From contig CAWESK010000024.1 in assembly GCA_963811685.1 (NCBI GenBank), positions 145,460 through 209,459 on the forward strand: a DNA stretch of 64,000 nt, read 5' to 3'. Every line of letters starts with the position of its first letter. Within the stretch, counting starts at the first letter, position 1. Source of the stretch: an uncultured beta proteobacterium (GTDB taxonomy: Bacteria; Pseudomonadota; Gammaproteobacteria; Burkholderiales; Casimicrobiaceae). Both the position numbers and the translations under genes were made by a program. The notes under the pieces were generated by a model. That model was not told where the DNA came from, made no database searches, and saw nothing but the letters and a program-made list of their open reading frames with translations. This document shows, piece by piece, positions 9,988 through 20,821 of this stretch.

Positions 9988-10713
9988 CTAGCCCTTATCC
10001 GTCAGCACCTCGGCCACGTGCAGCACCTTGGTCTTCGTGTCGCCGCGGCGTCGCAGGCGTCCCTCGATGTTGAGCATGCAGCCGAGATCGCCCAGCACGA
10101 CGGCGTCGGCATGGGTGGCGACGATCGCCTCGCATTTGTTGTCGGCGAGCCGCGACGATATTTCGCCGAACTTGATGGCGAATGTGCCGCCGAAGCCACA
10201 GCAGACTTCGCATTCCGGCATTTCGTTGAGGGTGACGCCCGGCATCCTGGCGAGCAGCGCGCGCGGCTGCGCCTTCACGCCCATCTCCCGCAGCCCGGCG
10301 CAGCTGTCGTGATACGTGATCGTGCCGGCAAAGCGGCCGGGAACCTTGTCGACCGCGAGCTTCTCGACGAGGAACGACGTGAGCTCCCACGTCTTGGCGG
10401 CGAGCGCGTCGACGCGCTTCGACATCGCCGGATCGTCGGCGAAGAGGTCGGCGTAGTGGGTCTTGATCATGCCGGCGCAGGAGCCGGATGGGGCGACCAG
10501 GTAGTCGCAATCCTCGAATTCGGCCACGACCTTCGCGGCCAGGGCTTTCGCGTCGGCACGATCACCGGAGTTGTAGGCAGGCTGGCCGCAGCACGTCTGC
10601 GCCGGCGGCACGAAGACCTCCGCGCCGCCGCTTTCGAGGAGCTCGATCGCCGCGAAGCCGACCGACGGCCGCATCAGATCGACGAGACAGGTGACGAAGA
10701 AGCCGACGCGCAT
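9988..10713 (-). CDS. lutA: Lactate utilisation protein A (CCG-domain Fe-S oxidoreductase)
   Basis: 241 aa with cysteine-rich CCG repeats (TCCGQPAYNSGD, EVCCGFGGTFAIKF). Confidence 0.9.
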   Translation of the reverse strand: MRVGFFVTCLVDLMRPSVGFAAIELLESGGAEVFVPPAQTCCGQPAYNSGDRADAKALAAKVVAEFEDCDYLVAPSGSCAGMIKTHYADLFADDPAMSKRVDALAAKTWELTSFLVEKLAVDKVPGRFAGTITYHDSCAGLREMGVKAQPRALLARMPGVTLNEMPECEVCCGFGGTFAIKFGEISSRLADNKCEAIVATHADAVVLGDLGCMLNIEGRLRRRGDTKTKVLHVAEVLTDKG

Positions 10714-10803
10714 GAGCGGGAGGGTTCGGGCGTTGCGTGAAGCTCGGGAGCGGCAAATCTTAGCATGCGCCGGCGCGAGGCCCGAGGCTGCCGGCTCGCG
10801 CGC

Positions 10804-12249
10804 CTAGATGAATCCAGACTTGGTCAAGGCAAGCGCGCACCACCCCATCAGCTGCTGCGGGAAGATGCCGAAGAACAGGATCGCGATGCCGTTCGCCGAC
10901 AGCAGCGCGCGGTTGTCCTGCCGCGCGACGATGGGCGCGACGTCGGTCGGCTCGTCGAAATACATCAGCTTGACGATGCGCAGGTAGTAGAACGCGCCGA
11001 CCAGCGACGTCAGGACGGCGATCACCGCGAGCCACGTGAAGCCTGCGCCGACCGCCGCCATGATCACCGCGAACTTCGCGTAAAAGCCGATCGTCGGCGG
11101 AATTCCCGCCAGCGAGAACATCACGAGCAGCATCATGAACGCCCACCACGGCGAGCGCCGGTTGAGGCCCCTGAAATCGTCGAGCTGATCGGCCTCGAAC
11201 CCGGCGCGCGACAGCAGCATCACGATGCCGAACGACACGAGGCTCGTCAGCACGTACGCGACCGCGTAGAACATCGCCGCGGAGAAGCCCTCCAGGTTGC
11301 CGGCCAGGAAGCCCATCAGCAGGAAGCCCATGTTGGCGATCGTCGAGTACGCCAGCATCCGCTTGATGTTGGTCTGCGCGATGGCGATGACGTTGCCCAG
11401 CGTCATCGACAGCAGAGAGAGCACCATCAGCATTCCCTGCCAGTCGAATTCGACGCCGCCCAACGCGATGGCGAGGAGTCGCATCATGAACGCGAACGTC
11501 GCGAGCTTGGGCGCCGTGCCGATCAGCAGCGTCACCGGCGTCGGCGCGCCGTCGTACACGTCCGGCACCCACATGTGGTAAGGCGCCGCGCCGAGCTTGA
11601 AGGCGATCCCCGACACGACGAACACGAGCCCGAAGACGAGAATCCACGGGTTGCTCTGGCCGGAGAGCACGGCGTCGGCCACGCGCACGACGTCGAGCGA
11701 GCCGGTCGCGCCGTAGATCATGGACATCCCGTAGAGCAGCATCCCGGAGGCCAGCGCGCCCAGCACGAAATACTTCATCGCCGCCTCGGACGCCTGCTTC
11801 GACGTCCGGTGCATCGCCACCATCGCGTAAAGCGAGAGCGCCTGCAGCTCGAGCCCCATGTAAAGCGTGATGAAATTGCCGGCGGAGATCATCACCATCA
11901 TCCCGAGCAGCGTGGTCAGCGCCAGCACGAACGTCTCGCCGCGGAAGAGCCCGCGCTCGGCGAGATAGCCGCGCGAATAGAAAAGCGTCAGCGACACCGT
12001 GATGCAGGTGAAGAACCGGAAGACATCGGACAGCATGTCGTCGATGACCATGCCGTTCATCGCCCGCACGGGCTCGTAGGCGGCGGTCCGCAGGATCAGC
12101 CACGCGGCGACGCCCAACGTGATCTGCGTGAGCCAGAAGCTCCAGTGCCGGAGGCGCTCGGGCAGGAAGACATCCAGGACGAGAATCAGGCACGCGGCGC
12201 CGAGCACGACGGCCTCGGGCAGGACGGAAATGAAATTGAGCGTGCTCAT
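10804..12249 (-). CDS. nuoN: NADH-quinone oxidoreductase subunit N
   Basis: 481-aa polytopic antiporter-like subunit; last gene of the nuo series. Confidence 0.95.
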   Translation of the reverse strand: MSTLNFISVLPEAVVLGAACLILVLDVFLPERLRHWSFWLTQITLGVAAWLILRTAAYEPVRAMNGMVIDDMLSDVFRFFTCITVSLTLFYSRGYLAERGLFRGETFVLALTTLLGMMVMISAGNFITLYMGLELQALSLYAMVAMHRTSKQASEAAMKYFVLGALASGMLLYGMSMIYGATGSLDVVRVADAVLSGQSNPWILVFGLVFVVSGIAFKLGAAPYHMWVPDVYDGAPTPVTLLIGTAPKLATFAFMMRLLAIALGGVEFDWQGMLMVLSLLSMTLGNVIAIAQTNIKRMLAYSTIANMGFLLMGFLAGNLEGFSAAMFYAVAYVLTSLVSFGIVMLLSRAGFEADQLDDFRGLNRRSPWWAFMMLLVMFSLAGIPPTIGFYAKFAVIMAAVGAGFTWLAVIAVLTSLVGAFYYLRIVKLMYFDEPTDVAPIVARQDNRALLSANGIAILFFGIFPQQLMGWCALALTKSGFI

Positions 12250-12265
12250 CGGGGGCCTGGGCGCA

Positions 12266-13735
12266 TCACAGCTTGCTACGGGAAACGTGAGTCAGGAGAT
12301 CGGTCACCGACGCGTGCATCACGTCGATGAAGGGTTTCGGCCACACGCCCATCCACAGCACCAGCGCGGCCACGCTCGCGAGCAGCCAGAACTCGCGGCG
12401 GCTCAAATCGATGAGCTTCGCGACCTGCTCGTTCGCGATCGCGCCGTAGATGACACGCTTGTACATCCACAGCGTGTATGCCGCGCCGAGGATCATGATC
12501 GTCGCCGCGGTGAAGCCCAGCCAGAAATTCACCTTGACCGCCGCCAGGATCACCATGAACTCGCCAACGAAGCCGGACGTCGCCGGCAGGCCGGCGTTGG
12601 CCATCGCGAACAGCATCATGAACGCCGCGAATTTGGGCATCGTGTTGACCACACCGCCGTAGTCGGCGATGTCCCGGCTGTGCATCCGGTCGTACATGAC
12701 GCCGACGCAGAGGAACATCGCGGCGGAAACGAAGCCGTGCGAAATCATCTGCACCAGCCCGCCTTCCATCCCCAGCGTATTGAAGAGGAAAAATCCCAGC
12801 GTGACGAACCCCATGTGCGAGATCGACGAGTAGGCGATCAGTTTCTTCATGTCGCTTTGCACCAGCGCGACGAAGCCGATGTAAACGATCGCGATCAGCG
12901 ACAGCGTGATCACGAAGCCGGACAGGTAGCGCGACGCGTCGGGCACGATCGGCAGGATGAAGCGGACGAACCCGTACGCGCCGATCTTCAGCGTGATCGC
13001 CGCCAGGATCACCGACCCGCCGGTCGGCGCCTCGACGTGCGCATCGGGCAGCCACGTGTGGACGGGCCACATCGGCACCTTGACCGAAAAGGACAGGAAG
13101 AATGCGACGAACAGCAGGATCTGCACGCCGAGCGCCAGCGGCACGTCCTTCCATTCGATGATCGAGAACGTGTTGGACACGTTGTAGAGGTAGATCAGCG
13201 CGACCAGCATCAGCAGTGAGCCGAGCAGCGTGTACAGGAAGAACTTGATCGCGGCATAGACCCTGTTCGGTCCGCCCCAGATGCCGATGATCAGGTACAT
13301 CGGAATCAGCATCGACTCGAAGAACGAATAGAACAGGATCCCGTCGAGCGCGCTGAACGCGCCGTTGATGAGGCCTGATTGGATGAGAAAGGCCGCCATG
13401 TACTGGGCGACGCGCGTCTCGATCACCTTCCAGCCGGCCCAGACGACGACCACCGTCATCAGGCTGTTCAGGAGGACGAGCAGCATCGAGAAGCCGTCCA
13501 CGCCCAGGAAATAATGGATGTCGAAGCGCGGGATCCATTCCGCGTGCTCGACGAACTGCATGTCCGACGTGCCGGGCACGAAGTACAGCCAAAGCGGAAT
13601 CGTGACGATGAAGCCCAGCAGCGCGCCGACCAGGGCGATCCACCGCGCGTACCGGGCGTCGGCATCGCTGCGCACCGCCAGCACGGCGACGCCGGCGACG
13701 ATCGGGATCCAGATGGCAAAGGAAAGGAGATGCAT
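12266..13735 (-). CDS. nuoM: NADH-quinone oxidoreductase subunit M
   Basis: 489-aa antiporter-like subunit; operon position. Confidence 0.95.
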   Translation of the reverse strand: MHLLSFAIWIPIVAGVAVLAVRSDADARYARWIALVGALLGFIVTIPLWLYFVPGTSDMQFVEHAEWIPRFDIHYFLGVDGFSMLLVLLNSLMTVVVVWAGWKVIETRVAQYMAAFLIQSGLINGAFSALDGILFYSFFESMLIPMYLIIGIWGGPNRVYAAIKFFLYTLLGSLLMLVALIYLYNVSNTFSIIEWKDVPLALGVQILLFVAFFLSFSVKVPMWPVHTWLPDAHVEAPTGGSVILAAITLKIGAYGFVRFILPIVPDASRYLSGFVITLSLIAIVYIGFVALVQSDMKKLIAYSSISHMGFVTLGFFLFNTLGMEGGLVQMISHGFVSAAMFLCVGVMYDRMHSRDIADYGGVVNTMPKFAAFMMLFAMANAGLPATSGFVGEFMVILAAVKVNFWLGFTAATIMILGAAYTLWMYKRVIYGAIANEQVAKLIDLSRREFWLLASVAALVLWMGVWPKPFIDVMHASVTDLLTHVSRSKL

Positions 13736-13748
13736 CGGCGGCCGGCGG

Positions 13749-15791
13749 CTAGGGCTTGTAGAGCGTCCACCACGACAGCAGCGCGAACAGGCCGACGATC
13801 ATCGTGAAAGCATAATGGTAGACGAACCCCGACTGGATGTGCCGAAGCAGCGCCGAGGCGAACCTGATGGTGCGCGCGGTGCCGTTGACGAAAAAGCCGT
13901 CGATGATCGACTTGTCGCCGACGTTCGACAGGAACGCGCCGATGCGCCGGAAGCCACCCGCGAAGAACCAGTCGTTGAAGCGGTCGAAGTAGTACTTGTT
14001 GTCGAGCAGCGTATAGACCCAGCCCGCCGATTTCCTGATTCGCGCGGGCAACCCCGGATTGACGAGATAGCAGTACCAGGCCGTCGCGATGCCGGCGACG
14101 GCAAGGAGGAACGGCAGGCTCAGGAGCCCGTGCTCGATGAACGGCACGACGCCGCGCCACTCCTCCTTCAGCTGCTCCATCGCGGGGTGCGCCTCGGAAA
14201 TCACGATCGAATCGCCGAAGAAGCCGCCGAAGAGCATCGGCTCGACGTAGGCGAACCCTGCATACACCGAGGGGATCGCAAGCAGGATGAGCGGCACGGT
14301 GACCACCCACGGGCTTTCCTTCGGCGGGCCGCCGTGGTCGGCGTGCGCGTCGGGCTCGGCGCCGGCCTCGTGCGACGCGTCGTGCGCATGCTCGTCGCCG
14401 CTCTCGTGCGCAGTCGCCGCTTCCCGGAAGCGTTCCTTGCCATGGAACGCGAGAAAGAGCATCCGGAACGAGTAGAACGCGGTGACGAAAACGCCCGCCA
14501 TCACCGCGAAGTAGGCAAAGCCATGGCCCGGGACGTTCGAGAAATGGACCGCCTCGATGATCGCGTCCTTGGAGAAGAAGCCCGCGAACGGCGGAATGCC
14601 GGCCAGCGCCAGCGAGCCGATCACCGCCGTCCAGTACGTGATCGGCATGTACTTGCGCAAGCCCCCCATGCGCCGCAGGTCCTGCTCGTGGTGCAGCGCG
14701 ATGATCACCGAGCCCGCGCCGAGGAACAGGAGCGCCTTGAAGAACGCGTGCGTCATCAAGTGGAAGATCGCCGCCGAATACGCCGAAACCCCGAGGGCGA
14801 CTGTCATGTAGCCCAGTTGCGACAGCGTCGAATAGGCGACCACGCGCTTGATGTCGTTCTGCACGATGCCGAGAAATGCCATGAACAATGCCGTCATCGC
14901 GCCGATGATCGTGACGAACCCGAGCGCGGTGTCGGAGAGCTCGAACAGCGGGCTCATCCGGGCGACCATGAAGATGCCGGCCGTCACCATCGTTGCCGCG
15001 TGGATCAGCGCGGAGATCGGCGTCGGGCCTTCCATCGAGTCGGGCAGCCACACGTGCAGCGGCATCTGCGCGCTCTTGCCCATCGCGCCGATGAAAAGAC
15101 AGATGCAGATCACGCTCAGCAGCGACCATTGCGCGTTGCCGAGCAGGTTGACGGTCGTGCCCGCGAGCTCGGGCCCGCGGGCGAACACGCTCCCGTAGTC
15201 GAGCGTGCCGAAGTAGGCGAGCACGAGGCCGATGCCCAGCACGAAGCCGAAATCGCCGACCCGGTTGGCGAGGAACGCCTTCAGGTTCGCGTAGATCGCC
15301 GTGGGCCGCTCGTACCAGAAGCCAATCAGCAGGTACGAGACGAGTCCAACCGCCTCCCAGCCGAAGAAGAGCTGAAGGAAGTTGTTGCTCATCACGAGCA
15401 TCAGCATGCTGAACGTGAAGAGCGAGATGTAGCTGAAAAAACGCGTGTAGCCGGGGTCGTCCGCCATGTAGCCGATCGTGTAGACGTGCACCATCAGCGA
15501 GACGAACGTCACCACCAGCATCATCGTCGCAGTCAGCGGGTCGACCAGGAAGCCGATCGACAGCCGCAGATCGCCCGACTGCAGCCAGGTGTAGATGTCC
15601 GCGTTGAACGTGTTGCCGCCCATCACGTCGCGGAAGATGAAATACGACGCGACCATCGAGACCGCGACGCCGAGGCAACAGAGCCAATGCGAGACGCTGC
15701 GGCCGAGCCGGGGGCCGAACAGGCCGACGACGATCGAGGCAGCGAGCGGCGCCAGCGGAACGAGAAGGTAGAGGGATTGCATCGACGACAC
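13749..15791 (-). CDS. nuoL: NADH-quinone oxidoreductase subunit L
   Basis: 680-aa antiporter-like subunit with a C-terminal lateral-helix extension; operon position. Confidence 0.95.
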   Translation of the reverse strand: MSSMQSLYLLVPLAPLAASIVVGLFGPRLGRSVSHWLCCLGVAVSMVASYFIFRDVMGGNTFNADIYTWLQSGDLRLSIGFLVDPLTATMMLVVTFVSLMVHVYTIGYMADDPGYTRFFSYISLFTFSMLMLVMSNNFLQLFFGWEAVGLVSYLLIGFWYERPTAIYANLKAFLANRVGDFGFVLGIGLVLAYFGTLDYGSVFARGPELAGTTVNLLGNAQWSLLSVICICLFIGAMGKSAQMPLHVWLPDSMEGPTPISALIHAATMVTAGIFMVARMSPLFELSDTALGFVTIIGAMTALFMAFLGIVQNDIKRVVAYSTLSQLGYMTVALGVSAYSAAIFHLMTHAFFKALLFLGAGSVIIALHHEQDLRRMGGLRKYMPITYWTAVIGSLALAGIPPFAGFFSKDAIIEAVHFSNVPGHGFAYFAVMAGVFVTAFYSFRMLFLAFHGKERFREAATAHESGDEHAHDASHEAGAEPDAHADHGGPPKESPWVVTVPLILLAIPSVYAGFAYVEPMLFGGFFGDSIVISEAHPAMEQLKEEWRGVVPFIEHGLLSLPFLLAVAGIATAWYCYLVNPGLPARIRKSAGWVYTLLDNKYYFDRFNDWFFAGGFRRIGAFLSNVGDKSIIDGFFVNGTARTIRFASALLRHIQSGFVYHYAFTMIVGLFALLSWWTLYKP

Positions 15792-15794
15792 GGG

Positions 15795-16118
15795 TCAGCC
15801 CTTCAGCTGGTCGAGATCCTCGACATCGATCGATCCGATGTTGCGGAAGAGGAGCACCAGGATCGCGAGGCCGATCGCCGACTCCGCCGCGGCGACGGTG
15901 AGGATGAAGAACACGAACACCTGCCCCGCCATGTCGTCCATGAAGCTGGAGAATGCGATGAAGTTGAGATTGACGGCGAGCAGCATCAGCTCGATCGCCA
16001 TCAGCAGGATGATCACGTTCCGCCGATTGAGGAAGATGCCCCCCATGCTGATGGCGAACAGCACCGCCCCCAGTACGAGGTAGTGCGACAGCGTGGGCTG
16101 CGAGGAAAGTAGTGCCAC
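15795..16118 (-). CDS. nuoK: NADH-quinone oxidoreductase subunit K
   Basis: GTG at 16118 lies 5 nt after AAGGGAG and gives about 107 aa (..[41 protein letters not shown]..). The 120-aa track ORF start has no SD. Confidence 0.9.
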   Translation of the reverse strand: MALLSSQPTLSHYLVLGAVLFAISMGGIFLNRRNVIILLMAIELMLLAVNLNFIAFSSFMDDMAGQVFVFFILTVAAAESAIGLAILVLLFRNIGSIDVEDLDQLKG

Positions 16119-16217
16119 TGCGACTCCCTTGGGGGAAGACTTCGTTGGACCCGTCACCGCGAGCTGTGGCGCGCGCTACGCGCGCACGCCGCCGCCGCGA
16201 CGCCGTTTTTGCTCCGA

Positions 16218-16820
16218 CTATTCTTTTTTCTCGGACTTCATCTCAAGAATGCGCAAACGATCCTGCGGACGGGTTCTCACCTGCTCCGCCGGATCCTGAT
16301 GCTTCGTCTCGCGGCGCTGGCGGTGCGTGAGCGCGATCGCCGCGACGATCGCGACGAGCAGGATCACCGCGGCGATCTCGAAAGGGTAAACGTAGTCGGT
16401 GTAGATGAGCGAGCCCAGCGCCGCCGTGTTGCTGCTGCCCGAAGCCGCCGCCGCGCCGGCGCCCGCCGCGCCGACGGGCTGGTTGCCGAGCAGCACCAGC
16501 GTCATCTCGATCAGCACCAGCAGAAAGACGGTCGCCCCGACCGGCAGGTAGCTCTTGAACTGCGTGCGCAGGTTGTCGAAATTGACGTCGAGCATCATCA
16601 CGACGAACAGGAACAGCACCATCACCGCGCCGACGTAGACCAGCACCAGCGCGATGGCCAGGAACTCGGCGCGCAGCATCAGCCAGTGGGCCGCCGCGGT
16701 GAAGAACGCGAGCACGAGCCACAGCGCCGCATGCACCGGGTTGCGCGCGGTGACGACGCGCAGCGCCGCGAACACGAGGATCGCCGAGAAAAGATAGAAC
16801 AGTGCAGCTTGGGCGTTCAT
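16218..16820 (-). CDS. nuoJ: NADH-quinone oxidoreductase subunit J
   Basis: Start MNAQAALFYLFSAILVF at 16820; the upstream 16 codons of the track ORF run toward nuoI. Confidence 0.9.
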   Translation of the reverse strand: MNAQAALFYLFSAILVFAALRVVTARNPVHAALWLVLAFFTAAAHWLMLRAEFLAIALVLVYVGAVMVLFLFVVMMLDVNFDNLRTQFKSYLPVGATVFLLVLIEMTLVLLGNQPVGAAGAGAAAASGSSNTAALGSLIYTDYVYPFEIAAVILLVAIVAAIALTHRQRRETKHQDPAEQVRTRPQDRLRILEMKSEKKE

Positions 16821-16889
16821 CGCAGGAGAATTGAGCCCGTCGCGACCGCCGGCAAGGCTTCGCCGCACGGCGGGCGCCGCACATTCAAG

Positions 16890-17381
16890 TTAGCGGTACT
16901 TTGCATCTTGTTCTCGGTCACGAGCGATCTGCGCCTCGTAGCGGTCGCCGACGGCAAGCAGCATCTCCTTCGTGTAGTAGAGATCGCCACGCTTCTCGCC
17001 GTGATACTCGAGGATGCGCGTCTCGACGATCGAGTCGACGGGGCAGCTCTCCTCGCAGAAACCGCAGAAGATGCACTTGGTCAGATCGATGTCGTAGCGG
17101 GTCGTCCGCCGCGTGCCGTCGGCGCGTTCCTCCGATTCGATCGTGATCGCGAGCGCGGGACAGACCGCCTCGCAGAGCTTGCAGGCGATGCAGCGCTCCT
17201 CGCCGTTCGGGTACCGGCGCAGCGCATGCAGCCCCCGAAAGCGCGGGCTCTGCGGCGTTTTCTCCTCGGGGAACTGCACGGTGATCTTGCGCGCGAACAT
17301 GTGCCGGCCCGTCAGCATGAGGCCGCGCCAGAGCTCGCCCAGGAGCCAGGTGTTGAGGAAACTGCGCGCGCGCCGGAGCAT
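16890..17381 (-). CDS. nuoI: NADH-quinone oxidoreductase subunit I
   Basis: 163 aa from MLRRARSF. Two 4Fe-4S motifs ([24 protein letters not shown]). It starts just after the nuoH stop (17393). Confidence 0.93.
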   Translation of the reverse strand: MLRRARSFLNTWLLGELWRGLMLTGRHMFARKITVQFPEEKTPQSPRFRGLHALRRYPNGEERCIACKLCEAVCPALAITIESEERADGTRRTTRYDIDLTKCIFCGFCEESCPVDSIVETRILEYHGEKRGDLYYTKEMLLAVGDRYEAQIARDREQDAKYR

Positions 17382-17392
17382 CGTTGCCGCCG

Positions 17393-18475
17393 TCAGTGGA
17401 AGAGTCCGGCCCAGGGCGTTTGCATCATCACGCCGAGGAACACGATCCACACGAGCGTTACGGGGATGAACACCTTCCAGCCGAGACGCATGATCTGATC
17501 ATAGCGATAGCGCGGAAACGTCGCCCGTATCCACAGGAAGAAGAACAGGATGAAGGCCATCTTCCCGAACAGCCACGCCGGCCCGTCACCGAGCGGCGCC
17601 GTCCCGCCGATGAGCGGCAGCCACGCCGGAAGCGTCTCGTGGTTGAGCGCGGGCCACATCGACAGCCAGCCGCCGAGGAACATGACGGAGCACAGCGCCG
17701 AGATCAGGATCATGTTCATGTACTCGGCGAGGAAGAACACCGCGAACGCGACACCCGAATACTCGACGTGGAACCCGGCGACGATCTCGGACTCGCCTTC
17801 CGCGACGTCGAACGGATGGCGGTTCGTCTCGGCCACGCCGGAGACGAGATAGACGACGAAGAGCGGGAACAGGGGCCAGATGTACCAGTAGGCCGCGCCG
17901 CCCTCCTGTCCGCGCACGATGCCGGACAGGTTCAGCGTGTTCGCCGCCATGAGCACGCCGACGAGCGCGAAGCCCATCGCGATCTCGTAGGACACGATCT
18001 GCGCCGCCGACCGCAGGCAGCCGAGAAACGCATATTTCGAATTCGACGCCCAGCCGGCGAGGATGATGCCGTACACGCCGATCGACGTCATCGCGAGCAC
18101 GTAGAGAAGCCCCGCGTTGATGTCGGCCAGCACGAAGCCATCGGCGAACGGCACCACCGCCCACGCCGCCAGCGCCGGCGCGATCGCGAGGATGGGCGCT
18201 GCGAAGAAGAGATACCGATTGGCGCCGGTCGGGAGCACGATCTCCTTGAAGACCAGCTTGAAGACATCGGCGAAGGGTTGCAGCAATCCAAGCGGGCCCA
18301 CGCGGTTCGGCCCGATGCGCACCTGCATCCAGCCGATCACCTTGCGCTCGGCGAGCGTCAGATACGCGACGGCGAGGATCAGCGGAATCGTGATCGCGAC
18401 GATCTTGGCGATCGTCCACACGGCGGGCCACGCGGCACCGAAGAATCCTGCGACGGGGGCGAGCATCGAGTCCAT
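17393..18475 (-). CDS. nuoH: NADH-quinone oxidoreductase subunit H
   Basis: 360 aa from [12 protein letters not shown], with the conserved ...[20 protein letters not shown].... It starts after the nuoG stop (18486). Confidence 0.93.
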   Translation of the reverse strand: MDSMLAPVAGFFGAAWPAVWTIAKIVAITIPLILAVAYLTLAERKVIGWMQVRIGPNRVGPLGLLQPFADVFKLVFKEIVLPTGANRYLFFAAPILAIAPALAAWAVVPFADGFVLADINAGLLYVLAMTSIGVYGIILAGWASNSKYAFLGCLRSAAQIVSYEIAMGFALVGVLMAANTLNLSGIVRGQEGGAAYWYIWPLFPLFVVYLVSGVAETNRHPFDVAEGESEIVAGFHVEYSGVAFAVFFLAEYMNMILISALCSVMFLGGWLSMWPALNHETLPAWLPLIGGTAPLGDGPAWLFGKMAFILFFFLWIRATFPRYRYDQIMRLGWKVFIPVTLVWIVFLGVMMQTPWAGLFH

Positions 18476-18485
18476 TAGCAGGCTG

Positions 18486-20816
18486 CTAGGCGCGCTCGAC
18501 GGTGATCGGCCCGGACAGGCCTTCGAGGCCGCAGGTCGACGCATGCGCCGCGGCGATGCGGACGACACCCGCCGGCACCGCGCCGTCGACCATCGCGGTC
18601 AGCACCGCCTCGCCGCGTCCCTGACGCACCTTGATCGCGGCGCCGTCGGCGACGCCGATCTGCTGCAGCGTGAGCGCATTCATCCGGGCGCGCGGCGCCC
18701 GGGCGTCGGCGGTCTGCTGCAGCGACCGCGCGCGGCGCGCGAGGGGATCCGCGAAATAGATGGGCACGTCCGCGACGCGTTCGAATCCGTGGCGGGCAGC
18801 GGAAGGCGTCGTGATCGCCACGCGCGTGCCGTTCGCGAGCTTCGCGGCGAGCGCGGACTCGGCGGGAACGAGCTGCGCGCGCACGTCGTCGATCGACTCG
18901 AAATCGAACCCGGGCAGGTCGAGCATCGATCCCAGCACGCGCAGCACCTTCCACGCGGGGCGCGCTTCGCCGTACGGCTTGACGACGCCGTTGAAGCGCT
19001 GGACCCGGCCTTCGCAGCTCACGAAGGTTCCCGCCGTCTCCGTGAACGGCGAGATCGGCAGCAGCACGTCCGCGTAGGGCGTTCCGTGCCGGAAGGGCGA
19101 CATGACGACGACGAGCTCGGCCTTTTCGAGCGCTGCGCGCGCCGCCACGGGATTCGCGCAGTCGAATTCGGGCTCGGCGCCGACGACGAGGTACGCCTTG
19201 CGCGGGTCGGCCAGCATCGCCTGCGCATCGAGGCCGCCGGATTGGGGCAACGCGGCGGCCGCGTAGCCGCCCACGCTGTTCGCCGCTTCCATCAGGCAGC
19301 CGAGCTTCGCGCCGGTCAGCTCGGCGAGCGCCTGCGCAAGCGCCAGCAGCTGCGAAGCGTCGGGATGCTGCTCCGCGCTGTTGCCGAGCAGCACCGCCTT
19401 GCGCTCGCCTGAAAGGAGCGACGCGGCAATGACGTTCGCCGCCGCGGTCGGCTCGATGCCCGCGAGCGTCGGTGGCACGGGCTTGTCCGCGCCGATCGCC
19501 GCCGCCACGACGATCTCGGCAAGCGCCTGCGGGAGCAGCGACGGCGCGGCGACGAACGAGTGGGTCGCGTGAATCGAAGAATCGTCGTTGACCGAATGGA
19601 GGAACGAGATCTGCGCGCCCTTTCGCGCAGCCTGCCGCAGCCGCTGCGCGATCAGCGGGTGGTCCTTCCGGAGGAAACTGCCGACGACGAGCACGCGGTC
19701 GAGCGCGTTGAGGCTCGCCACCGGCATGCCGAGCCAGGGAATGCCCGTTCCCTGGCCGTCGCCGCGGAAATCGGTCTGCCGCAGCCGGAAGTCGATGTTG
19801 TCCGAACCGAGCCCGCGCGCAAGCTGTGCCGCAAGCGCCATTTCCTCGAGCGTCGAGTGCGGCGACACGAGCGTGCCGAGTTGCGCGCCGCCATGCTTCG
19901 CGACGGTGCGGCGGAGGCCGTCGGCGACACGCGTCAGCGCCGTCTGCCAGTCGACGGGCTTCCACTCGCCGCCTTCCTGGATCATCGGCGTATCGAGGCG
20001 GTCCTCGCTGCCGAGCGCCTCGTAGGAGAACCGGTCCTTGTCGGAGATCCAGCATTCGTTGACCGCTTCGTTCTCGAGCGGCAGCACGCGCATCACGCTG
20101 TCGCCCTTGACCTGGACGACGAGATTGCTGCCGAGCGCGTCGTGCGGCGAGATCGACTTGCGGCGCGAGAGCTCCCATGTGCGGGCCGCGTAGCGGAACG
20201 GCTTCGACGTCAGCGCGCCCACGGGGCAGATGTCGATCATGTTGCCGGAAAGCTCCGAATCGACGGTCTTGCCGACAAAGGAGACGATCTCGGCGTGCTC
20301 GCTGCGTCCGATCATCCCGAGCTCCATCACGCCGGCGATCTCCTGTCCGAAGCGCACGCAGCGGGTGCACTGGATGCAGCGCGCCATCTCCTCGGCGGCG
20401 ACGAGCGGCCCGAGATTCTTGTGAAACACGACGCGCTTCTCTTCCGTGTACCGCGAGGACGACGGCCCATAGCCGACGGCGAGATCCTGCAGCTGGCACT
20501 CGCCGCCCTGGTCGCAGATCGGGCAGTCGAGCGGATGGTTGATCAACAGGAACTCCATCACCGACTTCTGCGCGGTGACGGCGAGCTCCGAGGCCGTCCA
20601 CACCTTCATTCCCTCGGCCGCGGGCGTGGCGCACGCGGGCATCGGCTTCGGGGCCTTCTCGACCTGCACGAGGCACATCCGGCAGTTGGCGGCGATCGAG
20701 AGCTTCTTGTGATAGCAGAAATGCGGGACGTAAATGCCGAGCGCGTGCGCGGCATCCATCACCGTGCTTCCCGGGGCGACCTCCACCTTGCGACCGTCGA
20801 TTTCCAGATTGAGCAT
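18486..20816 (-). CDS. nuoG: NADH-quinone oxidoreductase subunit G
   Basis: 776 aa from [14 protein letters not shown]-terminal 2Fe-2S/4Fe-4S cysteine motifs and a molybdopterin-like domain. The 83-codon upstream extension overlaps nuoF and is rejected. Confidence 0.95.
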   Translation of the reverse strand: MLNLEIDGRKVEVAPGSTVMDAAHALGIYVPHFCYHKKLSIAANCRMCLVQVEKAPKPMPACATPAAEGMKVWTASELAVTAQKSVMEFLLINHPLDCPICDQGGECQLQDLAVGYGPSSSRYTEEKRVVFHKNLGPLVAAEEMARCIQCTRCVRFGQEIAGVMELGMIGRSEHAEIVSFVGKTVDSELSGNMIDICPVGALTSKPFRYAARTWELSRRKSISPHDALGSNLVVQVKGDSVMRVLPLENEAVNECWISDKDRFSYEALGSEDRLDTPMIQEGGEWKPVDWQTALTRVADGLRRTVAKHGGAQLGTLVSPHSTLEEMALAAQLARGLGSDNIDFRLRQTDFRGDGQGTGIPWLGMPVASLNALDRVLVVGSFLRKDHPLIAQRLRQAARKGAQISFLHSVNDDSSIHATHSFVAAPSLLPQALAEIVVAAAIGADKPVPPTLAGIEPTAAANVIAASLLSGERKAVLLGNSAEQHPDASQLLALAQALAELTGAKLGCLMEAANSVGGYAAAALPQSGGLDAQAMLADPRKAYLVVGAEPEFDCANPVAARAALEKAELVVVMSPFRHGTPYADVLLPISPFTETAGTFVSCEGRVQRFNGVVKPYGEARPAWKVLRVLGSMLDLPGFDFESIDDVRAQLVPAESALAAKLANGTRVAITTPSAARHGFERVADVPIYFADPLARRARSLQQTADARAPRARMNALTLQQIGVADGAAIKVRQGRGEAVLTAMVDGAVPAGVVRIAAAHASTCGLEGLSGPITVERA

Positions 20817-20821
20817 GACGT

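Noticed and set aside
10714-10803. Rho-independent terminator between nuoN and lutA
   Set aside because: Only a 7-bp GCGCGAG/CTCGCGC dyad with a 15-nt loop and a poor U-tract is present. That is not convincing enough to call, so read-through cannot be excluded.
16119-16157. Longer N-termini offered by the ORF track for nuoK, nuoJ, nuoI, nuoH, nuoG, nuoF, nuoC, nuoB, tpiA, the DHFR-like gene, the acyl-CoA synthetase and others
   Set aside because: The extensions overlap the preceding gene, lack SD sequences and are not homologous to the family N-termini. Internal starts with SDs, or with stop-start overlaps, fit better.
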